Assembly (NCBI GenBank): GCA_040222015.1 | Contig: JAVJWO010000205.1 | Span: forward strand, 1 to 27,012 | DNA: 27,012 nucleotides | Direction of reading: 5' to 3' | From: Coleofasciculus chthonoplastes F2-STO-03 | GTDB taxonomy: Bacteria > Cyanobacteriota > Cyanobacteriia > Cyanobacteriales > Coleofasciculaceae | Part shown: one piece after another, positions 9,862 to 19,045 of the stretch | Numbering within the stretch: the stretch's first letter is position 1 | Layout: each line of letters starts with the position of its first letter | Notes under the pieces: model-generated | What the model saw: the letters and a program-made list of their open reading frames with translations, nothing else | The model's database searches: none | Told to the model about the DNA's origin: nothing | Position numbers and translations under genes: made by a program

Positions 9862-9900
9862 GTCATTAGTTCCGCAATGAGAACTAATGACCATTTTTTT
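9862..9900 (+). terminator. Intrinsic terminator
   Basis: GTCATTAGTTC / GAACTAATGAC 11-bp stem followed by T7. Confidence 0.8.
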
Positions 9901-10064
9901 ACCAAAATTCTACCTGAAAAAGATACTCAATGACCATCTGGTGTATCCTTTTAACCGTTAGCGATCGCCTATCTCACTGTCACACTCTGTCTTGTTCCCT
10001 ATTGGTGTGTTGACTCAGAACACCCCACTGCGACTGACTCAGCTAAGAGTTGCCACTGTCCCCT

Positions 10065-10307
10065 ATGGATCAGCATTGGATTAAATTAAGTTATGAGCGC
10101 GATACGTATCTGATTGATCTCAATCGTATCAGCACCTTTATTTGGGCGAATAACGGTCGGTTGATATTTTGGTTACCGGATGGTAAGGTGCGACTTATTA
10201 TCCATCCTAAAACTAATCCAGACGCTTATCAAGAAATTTTAGACTATATGCAAAAGACCGTTGGTCAACCTATTGGTTGTCAGTTATCCGCTAAAAGTGA
10301 AACGTGA
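10065..10307 (+). CDS. Small conserved hypothetical protein (about 80 aa)
   Basis: WIKLSYERDTYLIDLNRIS...FWLPD has a protein-like composition resembling cyanobacterial hypotheticals; ATG 10065 preferred. Confidence 0.65.
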   Translation: MDQHWIKLSYERDTYLIDLNRISTFIWANNGRLIFWLPDGKVRLIIHPKTNPDAYQEILDYMQKTVGQPIGCQLSAKSET

Positions 10308-10317
10308 GTATTACTTA

Positions 10318-10595
10318 AGGGTTGCTGAATAAGTTTTGTGGTGAGGAGAGGGAACAAGCAACAGGGAAGGGTTGTAGTGCGAGCGTCTCGCTCGTTATTT
10401 TGTATGTTTTTATCTATAGCACTACGGGGATACGTTAGGACATTCTCTTGTTGCCTGTTGCCTTTTCACACAATTGTATTGTCCTAACCTCAATGCGTAG
10501 TGCTATATTTAGACAAATTTGCTTGCACTCAATAAACCTTTAATCATCCTTAAAACCTTTATTTTTAAGGGTTTTAAGTTTGTGCTGCCAACCCT
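10318..10595. mobile_element. Degenerate MITE-like element (AGGGTTG...CAACCCT ends) hosting other repeats
   Basis: Imperfect terminal inverted repeats; contains a GTAG hairpin (10374-10394), an inner MITE and an AT-rich hairpin near 10548-10578. Confidence 0.45.
10415..10507. mobile_element. 93-bp MITE with 28-bp TIRs TATAGC-N13-GTTAGGACA (TA-flanked, IS630/Tc1-like by inference)
   Basis: TATAGCACTACG...GTTAGGACA versus TGTCCTAAC...CGTAGTGCTATA. Confidence 0.72.
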
Positions 10596-10611
10596 AATTA
10601 GGATTGATTGG

Positions 10612-11055
10612 TTAGGGAAGAAACTGTTTAATCGTTCTGGCTAAATATTGCTGGAGTCTACAATCTGTAGAAGGAATTGGAGTCAAATAGAATAGCTCTC
10701 CAGAGCAAAGCACTAACCTGAGCCGATATAACTTAAACCCGAATAGGTTAAGCTGTTCAACTTGTACCTCAGTCACCGGGTCAATTGGACGGCGGCTCAC
10801 CTTGGTTCCTAACCAACCTTGTTGCTGAAATATGACCCAATTACCCTGTTTTTCAAATTGGCATGTCTTCACTGGACTGCCGAACATCATCACATTCGCT
10901 AACCCAATACAAACCAATCCGAACCAATCAATCGATGAATTAGAAGAAAGAAAAATCAGTAATCCGATCGCGGCGGTTAACCCACTCAACATCCAAACCC
11001 CAATTGGGCGTTCTTTCAGCGTCAGTAATGTCACCGTTTGTTGAACGACTTTCAT
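10612..11055 (-). CDS. Hypothetical membrane protein (two TM helices plus soluble beta-rich C-terminus)
   Basis: 147-aa ORF with ATG start and two hydrophobic stretches. Confidence 0.7.
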   Translation of the reverse strand: MKVVQQTVTLLTLKERPIGVWMLSGLTAAIGLLIFLSSNSSIDWFGLVCIGLANVMMFGSPVKTCQFEKQGNWVIFQQQGWLGTKVSRRPIDPVTEVQVEQLNLFGFKLYRLRLVLCSGELFYLTPIPSTDCRLQQYLARTIKQFLP

Positions 11056-11099
11056 ATCACGTTTTTAGTTGAGATGGGGAACTCATGAGGGTAGAGATA

Positions 11100-11229
11100 G
11101 GGAACAGGGAACAGGGAACAGGGAAGAAAACGCCTCCCCTAAACCTAGCAAAAGCATCAATTGTAGGGGCAGGTTTAGGAACTAACGCTAGCTTAATCAC
11201 CGATAACGGCTAAACAAAACCCGCCCTTA
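11100..11229. repeat. (GGGAACA)x3 STRR plus GTAGGGGC-type palindromic repeat (11163-11229)
   Basis: Direct reading; arms GTAGGGGCAGGTTT / AAACCCGCCCTTA. Confidence 0.72.
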
Positions 11230-11413
11230 TTCATGCTCAACTATATTAAGTTATGTAAATAGACCTCAAACCCTTACATAAACATAAACGAATGACGAAT
11301 GATGCCACCCCTATCGAGGAGTCGGCAAGCTTTACAAAACGTCAAAATTGCTCATTCAGGCAAATCTGCCTTCAAAATGGTTTGAGTACAGCAACAGATT
11401 ACAACCGCAAACG

Positions 11414-13384
11414 ATGCCTGAATCAACGATTGAATCAGTTCTGCAAGAAAAACGTCTATTCCAACCCCCGGCTGAATTTTCCCAGACTGCCCACATTCAG
11501 AGTCTGGAGGAGTACCAGCGCCTCTATGACAAGGCAAAAGCTGACCCGTTAAAATTTTGGGCGGAGTTAGCCGAACAAGAGTTGCACTGGTTCCAGAAAT
11601 GGGATACAGTCCTCGATTGGCAACCTCCCTTTGCTAAATGGTTTGTCGGCGGCAAGACGAATATTGCCTATAATTGCCTAGACCGACACCTGACCACCTG
11701 GCGACGGAATAAAGCTGCCTTGATTTGGGAAGGAGAACCAGGGGATTCCCGCACCCTAACCTATGCCCAACTGCACCGGGAAGTTTGCCAGTTTGCTAAT
11801 GTCCTCAAGCAATTAGGCGTGAAAAAAGGCGATCGCGTGGGGATTTATATGCCCATGATTCCGGAAGCCGCGATCGCGATGCTAGCTTGTGCCAGGATTG
11901 GTGCGCCGCATACAGTGGTATTTGGTGGGTTTAGTGCCGAAGCCTTAAAAGACCGATTAGTAGACGCCCAAGCCAAAGTAGTCGTCACCGCCGATGGTGG
12001 CTGGCGTAAAGATAAGATTGTTCCCCTGAAACCCGAAGTCGATAAAGCCCTTGTCAATAACGGCGCACCCACGGTAGAAAACGTCCTCGTGGTTCAACGT
12101 ACCCAGCAAAAAATCCAGATGGAACCGGGGCGCGATCATTGGTGGCATGATTTACAAGCCGGGGTGTCGGGGGATTGTCCCGCTGAACCCATGGATAGTG
12201 AGGACATGCTATTCATTCTCTACACCTCTGGGACAACCGGTAAACCCAAAGGGGTTGTCCATACCACCGCAGGCTATAACCTATACACCCATATCACCCT
12301 GAAATGGACCTTTGATCTCAAAGACACCGATGTCTACTGGTGTACCGCTGACGTGGGTTGGATTACGGGTCACAGTTACATTGTCTATGGTCCGCTGTCC
12401 AATGGTGCCACCACCGTCATGTATGAAGGCGCACCCCGTCCCTCGAATCCAGGGTGTTTATGGGATATAGTCGAAAAATATGGCGTCAATATTTTCTATA
12501 CCGCACCAACCGCAATTCGGGCATTAATTAAGATGGGCGAACACCATCCCAAAGCCCGCGATTTATCCTCGTTACGAATTTTGGGCACCGTCGGTGAACC
12601 AATTAATCCCGAAGCTTGGATGTGGTATCACCGAATTATTGGCGGACAACGGTGTCCGATTGTCGATACCTGGTGGCAAACAGAGACAGGGGGATTTATG
12701 ATTACCCCCCTACCCGGTGCCGTTCCCACTAAACCTGGTTCAGCCACGTTACCGTTTCCAGGTATTCTGGCAGATATTGTCGATTTAGAAGGCAATCCGG
12801 TTGCGGCAAATCAGGGGGGATATCTGGTGATTAAGCACCCGTGGCCCGGAATGATGCGAACGGTTTATGGTGATCCGGATCGCTTCCGCCGCACCTATTG
12901 GGAACATATTGCACCCAAAGACGGGCAGTATCTCTACTTTGCTGGGGATGGTGCGCGTCGAGATGAAGATGGCTATTTCTGGGTGATGGGGCGTGTGGAT
13001 GATGTGATTAATACCTCTGGACATCGCCTCGGCACCATGGAAATTGAATCGGCATTAGTCTCCCATCGCGCCGTAGCAGAAGCGGCTGTGGTTGGACAAC
13101 CGGATGAGGTGAAAGGGGAAAATGTTTTTGCCTTTGTCATGTTGGAGAATGACTACAGTCCAACGGCGGAATTGGCAAACGAACTCAAGGCACATGTGGT
13201 TAACGAAATTGGTGCCATTGCCCGTCCCGGTGAGATTCGCTTTACAGAGGGAATGCCCAAAACGCGATCGGGTAAGATTATGCGGCGTTTGTTGCGGAAT
13301 TTAGCAGCCGGTCAGGAGGTGGCTGGAGATACGTCTACATTGGAAGATCGCAGCGTCTTGGATAAATTAAGAGGCGGCGCTTAA
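11414..13384 (+). CDS. acs: Acetyl-CoA synthetase (acetate--CoA ligase)
   Basis: [14 protein letters not shown]-binding motif, [20 protein letters not shown] acetylation Lys. ATG 11414 gives 656 aa. Confidence 0.98.
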   Translation: MPESTIESVLQEKRLFQPPAEFSQTAHIQSLEEYQRLYDKAKADPLKFWAELAEQELHWFQKWDTVLDWQPPFAKWFVGGKTNIAYNCLDRHLTTWRRNKAALIWEGEPGDSRTLTYAQLHREVCQFANVLKQLGVKKGDRVGIYMPMIPEAAIAMLACARIGAPHTVVFGGFSAEALKDRLVDAQAKVVVTADGGWRKDKIVPLKPEVDKALVNNGAPTVENVLVVQRTQQKIQMEPGRDHWWHDLQAGVSGDCPAEPMDSEDMLFILYTSGTTGKPKGVVHTTAGYNLYTHITLKWTFDLKDTDVYWCTADVGWITGHSYIVYGPLSNGATTVMYEGAPRPSNPGCLWDIVEKYGVNIFYTAPTAIRALIKMGEHHPKARDLSSLRILGTVGEPINPEAWMWYHRIIGGQRCPIVDTWWQTETGGFMITPLPGAVPTKPGSATLPFPGILADIVDLEGNPVAANQGGYLVIKHPWPGMMRTVYGDPDRFRRTYWEHIAPKDGQYLYFAGDGARRDEDGYFWVMGRVDDVINTSGHRLGTMEIESALVSHRAVAEAAVVGQPDEVKGENVFAFVMLENDYSPTAELANELKAHVVNEIGAIARPGEIRFTEGMPKTRSGKIMRRLLRNLAAGQEVAGDTSTLEDRSVLDKLRGGA

Positions 13385-13406
13385 AACGTTGCCGGACATG
13401 ATATCA

Positions 13407-13438
13407 GAGGGTAAGCGAGAGAAACTTCGCTTACTCTT
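13407..13438. terminator. Hairpin between convergent acs and kinase genes
   Basis: GTAAGCGA / TCGCTTAC stem extended by G-U pairs. Confidence 0.55.
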
Positions 13439-13487
13439 GATCTGTTTAATTTTTGCACCTGACAAGAGCAATTGGAAATCGCGGGAA

Positions 13488-15380
13488 TCAACAGGCTTCT
13501 TCGGTTTCCGGTTCACACATTGGTACTGAATTGTCTCCAGTGGGTTCTTTTGTTTCAGGTTTAGGGTTTTCGGGAGATGACGGCGGGGTTTCCTGATCCG
13601 TATCCCCTTGATTTTTACGTTGGGTGGCTTTGCGAACTAAGTCATTCAACTTTTCTCGCCAATAGCGCTGTTCCGGAAAATCGCTGTCTGCGGCATAAAT
13701 GATCACATCAACATAGCGACCTTCATTGTAGGCTTGCTGAATCTTATCGAATTTGGCTTTCGCTTCCCCCCATTCCTTTTGCCAGGTCTCGATTTTCTTT
13801 TGAGCATCCTCAAACGCTGGACTACTGGGAACAACCGATTGAGCCGCCGCGATCGCTCGATCTAAGTTACCTTTTTGATACTCTTCTGTTGCTTTTGTCA
13901 AGACCTTTGCCCCATTATCGGGTTTGGGCTGATCCGGGGATTTTTGCGGGGGTGGGGTTGGGGTGGGTGTTGGTTCTGGGCTGGGACTGGGTTTTGACTC
14001 AACTGGGGTGGGACTGGGTTGGGTTTCCACTGGGGTGGGACTGGGTTGGGTTTCTACTGGTGTAGGACTTTCAGGTTGTTCAGCAATAGTCTTTGAGGAA
14101 CAATCCAGATACTGATCAAAAACCCACCCTTGCTGCGGTGAACGAATTTCTACCCAATCCCCTTGCTTGGTTCCCGTTAAGGTTAATTTGGTGCCTTTAT
14201 TAACTGTGCCAACAATCGTGGCGTTGGGGTTTGAGCGCACGTTCAAGCCTTGAGCCGTTACTGTACAAGTTCCTCGTGCCATGCCACCGGACATTCCCTG
14301 ACGAATGCCATACGCCATCCCTGCGGCTGCCATAGCTACAGCTAAACCCACACCAATGATTAATGGGGCGCGGTTCGGTTCAGATGCAGGTTCGGGTTCA
14401 GGGGGCGGAGGAGGAGTAGGAGTAGGAGTAGGAGTAGGAGGAGTAGGTCTTCGAGGGGGTGCGGCTGGGGAAACTGCCAGGGTGCCCTGTTGGGAGAGGG
14501 GAGTAGATTGGGGTGTGGGTTGAGATGGCGAAACAGGTTGACCGTAAGTAGAAGAAGCGGCGATGAGCGATCGCACGGCTTGTAACGCTTCTGTGGCTGA
14601 CTGGTAGCGGTCTTTGAAATGATAGCGTACCATCCGGGTCAAAATATGTTTTAGCCCTGGACTCACAGGGGCAAGATCTTGCCAGATCAGTTCGCCCGTA
14701 TTTAAATCTTCCTGTAATTCAGTCGGCATACGACCTGTGATTGCCTGGATAGCGATAATTCCTAAAGCGTAAATATCGCTGGTGGGACGCGGTTGACCCA
14801 AAGCCTGTTCACTGGACATATAACCCGGAGTTCCTACTGCAACAGTATTGCTCATTTGCCCCTGAGGACTTGCCAGTTGAGTCCGGATTTGCTTAACCGC
14901 CCCAAAGTCTAATAAGACTAACTTCTTGTCTAAATTCCGTCGAATTAAGTTATCCGGCTTAATATCCCGGTGAATGACGCCGTGGTTGTGAACAAAGTCT
15001 AAAACCTCTAAAAGTTCTTGCAGCAGGTCAACAACTCGCGTCTGAGCCCACGGTTGACCCGGTATCAACTCTTTGCTTAGGGGATGCCCTTCAATATATT
15101 CCTGAACCAGATAAAATTCTTGGTCTTCTTCAAAGTAGGCAAGCAGGCGTGGGATCTGGTTGTGATTGCCCAGTACCTCTAGGGTTTCCGCTTCGCTATT
15201 GAATAGGCGTCGGGCGGTTTCCAAGAAATTGGGGTCACGATTCGCAGGCTGAAGGTGTTTGACCACACAAATCGGGTTACCGGGACGACGGGTATCTTGT
15301 GCCAGGTAGGTGCGACCAAATCCTCCTGCACCGAGGACTTGGTTGACTTGGTAACGACCATCCAGTAACTTGCCTAACAT
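13488..15380 (-). CDS. Hanks-type Ser/Thr kinase with TM helix, extracellular SH3b domain, Pro/Thr linkers and helical C-terminal domain
   Basis: LGAGGFG, VVK, HRDIKPDN, DFG, GTPGY; TM PLIIGVGLAVAMAAAGMAYGI; SH3b GLNVRSNP...WVEI...GWV. ATG 15380 preferred. Confidence 0.95.
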   Translation of the reverse strand: MLGKLLDGRYQVNQVLGAGGFGRTYLAQDTRRPGNPICVVKHLQPANRDPNFLETARRLFNSEAETLEVLGNHNQIPRLLAYFEEDQEFYLVQEYIEGHPLSKELIPGQPWAQTRVVDLLQELLEVLDFVHNHGVIHRDIKPDNLIRRNLDKKLVLLDFGAVKQIRTQLASPQGQMSNTVAVGTPGYMSSEQALGQPRPTSDIYALGIIAIQAITGRMPTELQEDLNTGELIWQDLAPVSPGLKHILTRMVRYHFKDRYQSATEALQAVRSLIAASSTYGQPVSPSQPTPQSTPLSQQGTLAVSPAAPPRRPTPPTPTPTPTPPPPPEPEPASEPNRAPLIIGVGLAVAMAAAGMAYGIRQGMSGGMARGTCTVTAQGLNVRSNPNATIVGTVNKGTKLTLTGTKQGDWVEIRSPQQGWVFDQYLDCSSKTIAEQPESPTPVETQPSPTPVETQPSPTPVESKPSPSPEPTPTPTPPPQKSPDQPKPDNGAKVLTKATEEYQKGNLDRAIAAAQSVVPSSPAFEDAQKKIETWQKEWGEAKAKFDKIQQAYNEGRYVDVIIYAADSDFPEQRYWREKLNDLVRKATQRKNQGDTDQETPPSSPENPKPETKEPTGDNSVPMCEPETEEAC

Positions 15381-15423
15381 AAAAGTGATGCGCCTCAACG
15401 TTCACATTGTTAATATTTACATA

Positions 15424-16788
15424 GTTCCTAATTTTACGAAAAAACGCGGAAATTAGTTGGCAAGAGTAATCTTGACTGGGTGAACTACTACACCCTCTAT
15501 CCCGTTGCCAAAAGCATCTGGGACTACTTTACGAATGATGTTGTAACTGCCGTTAATGTCGGCGTTAAACTTGACGCCGATTTTTGAAAAGTACAACCCA
15601 CGTTTAACACGACGACCGCTAAACTTTGCTGCTTTCGCCTCTGGACTTCCGTGAACAGGAATAAAATCCCTGTCCAGAAAACTAGCAACCGACGTATAAG
15701 ATTCTTCGGTGATGATGACTTTTATGCCAATCAGTTCAGCTTTATAGGTCAACATCTCGATAAATCTTGCATGGGGAACGCTGGTAAAATTCTGGTTGTT
15801 AACCTTACCGATACGGATTCCCTGCTTCCAGTTCTCGTTTTTACCAATCACGAGAGTTGAGATATTGTTCTCAACTAACTGGTTGATAATAAACCGACTG
15901 GACTTGTGGAGATAGTCGTCAATCTTGAATCCTCGCTTAGTTGATAAACGCTGAATTCGGTTTGACGTTTTCCTGTTTTCCTTAACCTTAAGTTGAGATT
16001 GCAGTTCGGCTTTTTTCTTGTTGTAGTAATTGTTAATCGCCTTAACCGGTCTGCCGTTAATCAGGAAAGGTTTAAATCCTTTTTGATTTGAAGTTACAGC
16101 CGCTAAGTTGTTAAGTCCAATATCTACACCGGCTACCGCTTCACCGCTAACCAATTGCTGAATGGGTTGCTCATAAATCACCTCAACCACGTAGTAATTA
16201 AGGTGGGGAACAATTCTTACTTCATTGATATCCGGCTTGTGGCAAGATATCATCAGGTTTGTTCCCGATGGCTTAATCCATCCTTTTTGAAGCTCTTTTG
16301 AGCTAATAGCCTGGATGGTGTAAACCAACAGATTACGCCCCTTCTCTTTATCTTTGTATTTGGGAAGCTTGGGCTTGCCCAAGAATAAGACAGGGTTTTT
16401 CTTGTATGCCTTATTAGCTTCTTTCCAGGCTTTCCAGTTTCTGTCTAAGCACCGAAGAACTTGTTGAGATACTTTACGAGGCAAAGCACAATAAGACTCC
16501 TCTGTTTGCATCCGAGATGCCATTTCGTTGTAGGAGAGGATTTGGTTGGTTTTAAAGAAGTGTTGACGAATTTCGTAATTGGCTCGGTTGTAAAGATTTT
16601 TCGACTTGAAGGCTAAGTTATCAATCTCTTTCCATTTTCGAGTGCCTTTACAAACTACGTGCTTCTCAACAAGTTTCATTATCTCAGAGATGCGTAATCC
16701 GATAATTTTCTGCGGTAATTTTCCCGAACATCTGTATAATATATTACCACAGCTTGCCGTAATTTGCCATATTCTTAATAAATGGAAA
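15424..16788 (-). mobile_element. Non-autonomous TnpB-only element, probably IS607-derived; ends approximate
   Basis: tnpB without tnpA; imperfect inverted ends GTTCC-TAATTTTACGAA / TTTCC-ATTTATTAAGAA; 10-bp-period repeats at 16744-16771; AT-rich; no HIP1 seen. Confidence 0.6.
15453..16679 (-). CDS. tnpB: RNA-guided endonuclease TnpB (IS200/IS605/IS607 family), rearranged RuvC-II type
   Basis: SKNLYN N-terminus, GVDIGLNNL (RuvC-I), VIGKN plus EESYTS, NADINGSYNI (RuvC-III). Confidence 0.93.
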   Translation of the reverse strand: MKLVEKHVVCKGTRKWKEIDNLAFKSKNLYNRANYEIRQHFFKTNQILSYNEMASRMQTEESYCALPRKVSQQVLRCLDRNWKAWKEANKAYKKNPVLFLGKPKLPKYKDKEKGRNLLVYTIQAISSKELQKGWIKPSGTNLMISCHKPDINEVRIVPHLNYYVVEVIYEQPIQQLVSGEAVAGVDIGLNNLAAVTSNQKGFKPFLINGRPVKAINNYYNKKKAELQSQLKVKENRKTSNRIQRLSTKRGFKIDDYLHKSSRFIINQLVENNISTLVIGKNENWKQGIRIGKVNNQNFTSVPHARFIEMLTYKAELIGIKVIITEESYTSVASFLDRDFIPVHGSPEAKAAKFSGRRVKRGLYFSKIGVKFNADINGSYNIIRKVVPDAFGNGIEGVVVHPVKITLAN

Positions 16789-16880
16789 CAATAAATACAT
16801 AATTCTTACTCTCCAATGAGTTGAAGATTCTTATCATAAAAAAGTAGCAGCCAAAATATGGGGGATAGCCGCTAATTAAT

Positions 16881-17867
16881 ATGAACACAGTCGATTATCT
16901 CCGGATTAGCCTAATTGACCGCTGTAACTTCCGCTGTCACTACTGTATGCCGGAAGGGTCAGAACTTGACTATATCCTGCAACAGGAACTCCTCACCCAT
17001 GAGGAACTGCTGACGCTATTAAAAGAAGTTTTTATCCCAGTCGGGTTTAAAAAGTTTCGTCTGACGGGTGGAGAACCGCTACTGCGTCCAGGGGTGGTGG
17101 AGTTGGTGAGAGAAATTGCCGCCCTGGATCAAACCGAAGATTTAGCGATGACGACAAATGCCTTTTTACTCGCAGGTATGGCACAAGACTTGTATAATGC
17201 GGGATTACGGCGGATTAATATTAGCTTAGATTCCCTCAATCCTGACACCTTTGACAAAATTATCGGGAATCGGGGGCGATCGCGCTGGCAACAAACCTGG
17301 AACGGAATTCAAGCCGCACATCGGGTGGGGTTTGATCCCCTGAAATTGAATATAGTGGTTATTCCGGGGGTGAATGATGCAGAAGTTCTGGATTTAGCCG
17401 CCCTTACCCTTGACCGCCAGTGGCACATTCGCTTTATTGAGTTTATGCCCATTGGCAATCCTGAATTATTTAGCGATCGCGCCTGGATTCCGTCTGAGGA
17501 ACTCCGTCGGCAAATCCGCGATCGCTGGGGATTACTTGAGTCAACGGTACGCGGGAATGGACCTGCTGATGTATTCCAGATTCCTAATGCCTTGGGGACT
17601 CTCGGCTTTATCAGTCAGATGTCCGAATGTTTTTGCGATCGCTGTAACCGGATGCGCCTCTCTGCCGATGGCTGGTTGCGTCCCTGTTTACTCAATGAAA
17701 CGGGTCAGATTGACTTAAAAAGCGCTCTCCGTAGCGGTGTTGATCTCGCCCAATTGAGAGCGCGAGTGCAGCAGTTACTCGCGATTAAACCAGACATCAA
17801 CTTTAAACAGCGAGACTCTGGTACTGATGGTTACTACACTCGCACCATGTCACAAATTGGTGGATAG
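16881..17867 (+). CDS. moaA: GTP 3',8-cyclase (molybdenum cofactor biosynthesis protein A)
   Basis: [14 protein letters not shown] radical-SAM motif, [16 protein letters not shown]...PCL, C-terminal MSQIGG. Confidence 0.98.
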   Translation: MNTVDYLRISLIDRCNFRCHYCMPEGSELDYILQQELLTHEELLTLLKEVFIPVGFKKFRLTGGEPLLRPGVVELVREIAALDQTEDLAMTTNAFLLAGMAQDLYNAGLRRINISLDSLNPDTFDKIIGNRGRSRWQQTWNGIQAAHRVGFDPLKLNIVVIPGVNDAEVLDLAALTLDRQWHIRFIEFMPIGNPELFSDRAWIPSEELRRQIRDRWGLLESTVRGNGPADVFQIPNALGTLGFISQMSECFCDRCNRMRLSADGWLRPCLLNETGQIDLKSALRSGVDLAQLRARVQQLLAIKPDINFKQRDSGTDGYYTRTMSQIGG

Positions 17868-17994
17868 TCATTTGTCATTAGTCCTTCGTCATTAGTCCGT
17901 TGTTTTTTCCGGTACCCAATATGACAAAATTTGTTTGACCGAGGGACTCATGAACCATCAACCAATGACTAATGACCAATGACCAATGACCAAT
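17867..17994. repeat. Inverted STRR arms (GTCATTn at 17867-17898; AATGACn at 17964-17994) between convergent moaA and rpsD
   Basis: GTCATTAGTC (17874) is complementary to GACTAATGAC (17967). Confidence 0.75.
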
Positions 17995-18603
17995 CTACGC
18001 TTTCCGTGAATAGAACTCAACCACCAGCAGTTCGTTAATTTGCAGGGCGACCCACTCACGCTCAATCACTCCATTGACCTTACCGGTGAATGTTTTCTTG
18101 TCAAACTCTAAATGGCTGGGTAGATTTGCCAATCCGGGGTATTCCAGATTTTGTTCCACCAAACGCCGAGAGCGCTCATTATCTTTAACTATAATCACAT
18201 CACCGGGACGGCATTGATAGCTAGCGATATTCACTTCCCTACCATTGACCATCACATGACCATGATTCACAAGTTGACGCGCACCCGGGATAGTACCTGC
18301 CATTCCTAAACGAAATACGGTGTTATCCAGTCGCATTTCTAGCAGTTCTAGTAACGCTTGACCCGTGGAACCCGTTGCTCGACGAGCTTTGCGAACATAG
18401 CGAAGCAATTGCTTTTCCGTGACTCCGTAGTTGTAGCGGAGTTTCTGTTTTTCTTCCAATCGAATCGCATATTCTGACCGCTTCCGGCGAGCTTGACCAT
18501 GTTGACCGGGCGGATATGAACGACGGGGGGATTTGCGAGTTAAACCAGGGAGATCGCCCAGACGACGGACAATCCGCAGGCGCGGACCTCGATATCGCGA
18601 CAT
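17995..18603 (-). CDS. rpsD: 30S ribosomal protein S4
   Basis: [32 protein letters not shown]; 202 aa. Confidence 0.99.
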   Translation of the reverse strand: MSRYRGPRLRIVRRLGDLPGLTRKSPRRSYPPGQHGQARRKRSEYAIRLEEKQKLRYNYGVTEKQLLRYVRKARRATGSTGQALLELLEMRLDNTVFRLGMAGTIPGARQLVNHGHVMVNGREVNIASYQCRPGDVIIVKDNERSRRLVEQNLEYPGLANLPSHLEFDKKTFTGKVNGVIEREWVALQINELLVVEFYSRKA

Positions 18604-18751
18604 AGAACTTCCTTGTGTACCTAACTAATTTTTTACCCAAATACTTTATGGTACAACATTAAGGGGAGAAGTGTGGAGTTTTGAGTTTGTCGGGGTTCAT
18701 CTGCAGTATTTACGTTTGTCATTTAGTCTATGTCATTTGGTCTATGTGATT

Positions 18752-18812
18752 GTAGGGGCGACCCGCCTGACACAATTAACACCACCCACCGATTAATTTT
18801 ATCGGGTCGCCC
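18752..18812. repeat. GTAGGGGCGACCCG...CGGGTCGCCC palindromic repeat
   Basis: 10-bp arms GGGCGACCCG/CGGGTCGCCC after GTAG. Confidence 0.72.
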
Positions 18813-18870
18813 ACCGTGTCAATAAGTAGGTGGACACAATTAAAGTTAGCGGGGGAGGTAATTCTCACCG

Positions 18871-19045
18871 AATGACCAATGACCAATGACCAATGACCAA
18901 TGACCAATGACCAATGACCAATGACCAATGACCAATGACCAATGACCAATGACCAATGACCAATGACCAATGACCAATGACCAATGACAAATGACCAATG
19001 ACCAATGACCAATGACCAATGACCAATGACAAAGGACAAAGGACT
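18871..19045 (+). repeat. STRR array: 23 x AATGAC(C/A) + 2 x AAGGAC(A/T)
   Basis: 7-bp periodicity counted directly; overlaps the start of the decarboxylase ORF. Confidence 0.97.

Noticed and set aside
11252..11261. 10-nt match (TATGTAAATA) between the putative TnpB guide and the acs promoter region
   Set aside because: Short AT-rich match expected by chance; the guide boundary is uncertain.
18776..19039. 87-aa ORF (SLVIGHW)n
   Set aside because: Translation of the STRR reverse strand; no independent coding evidence.
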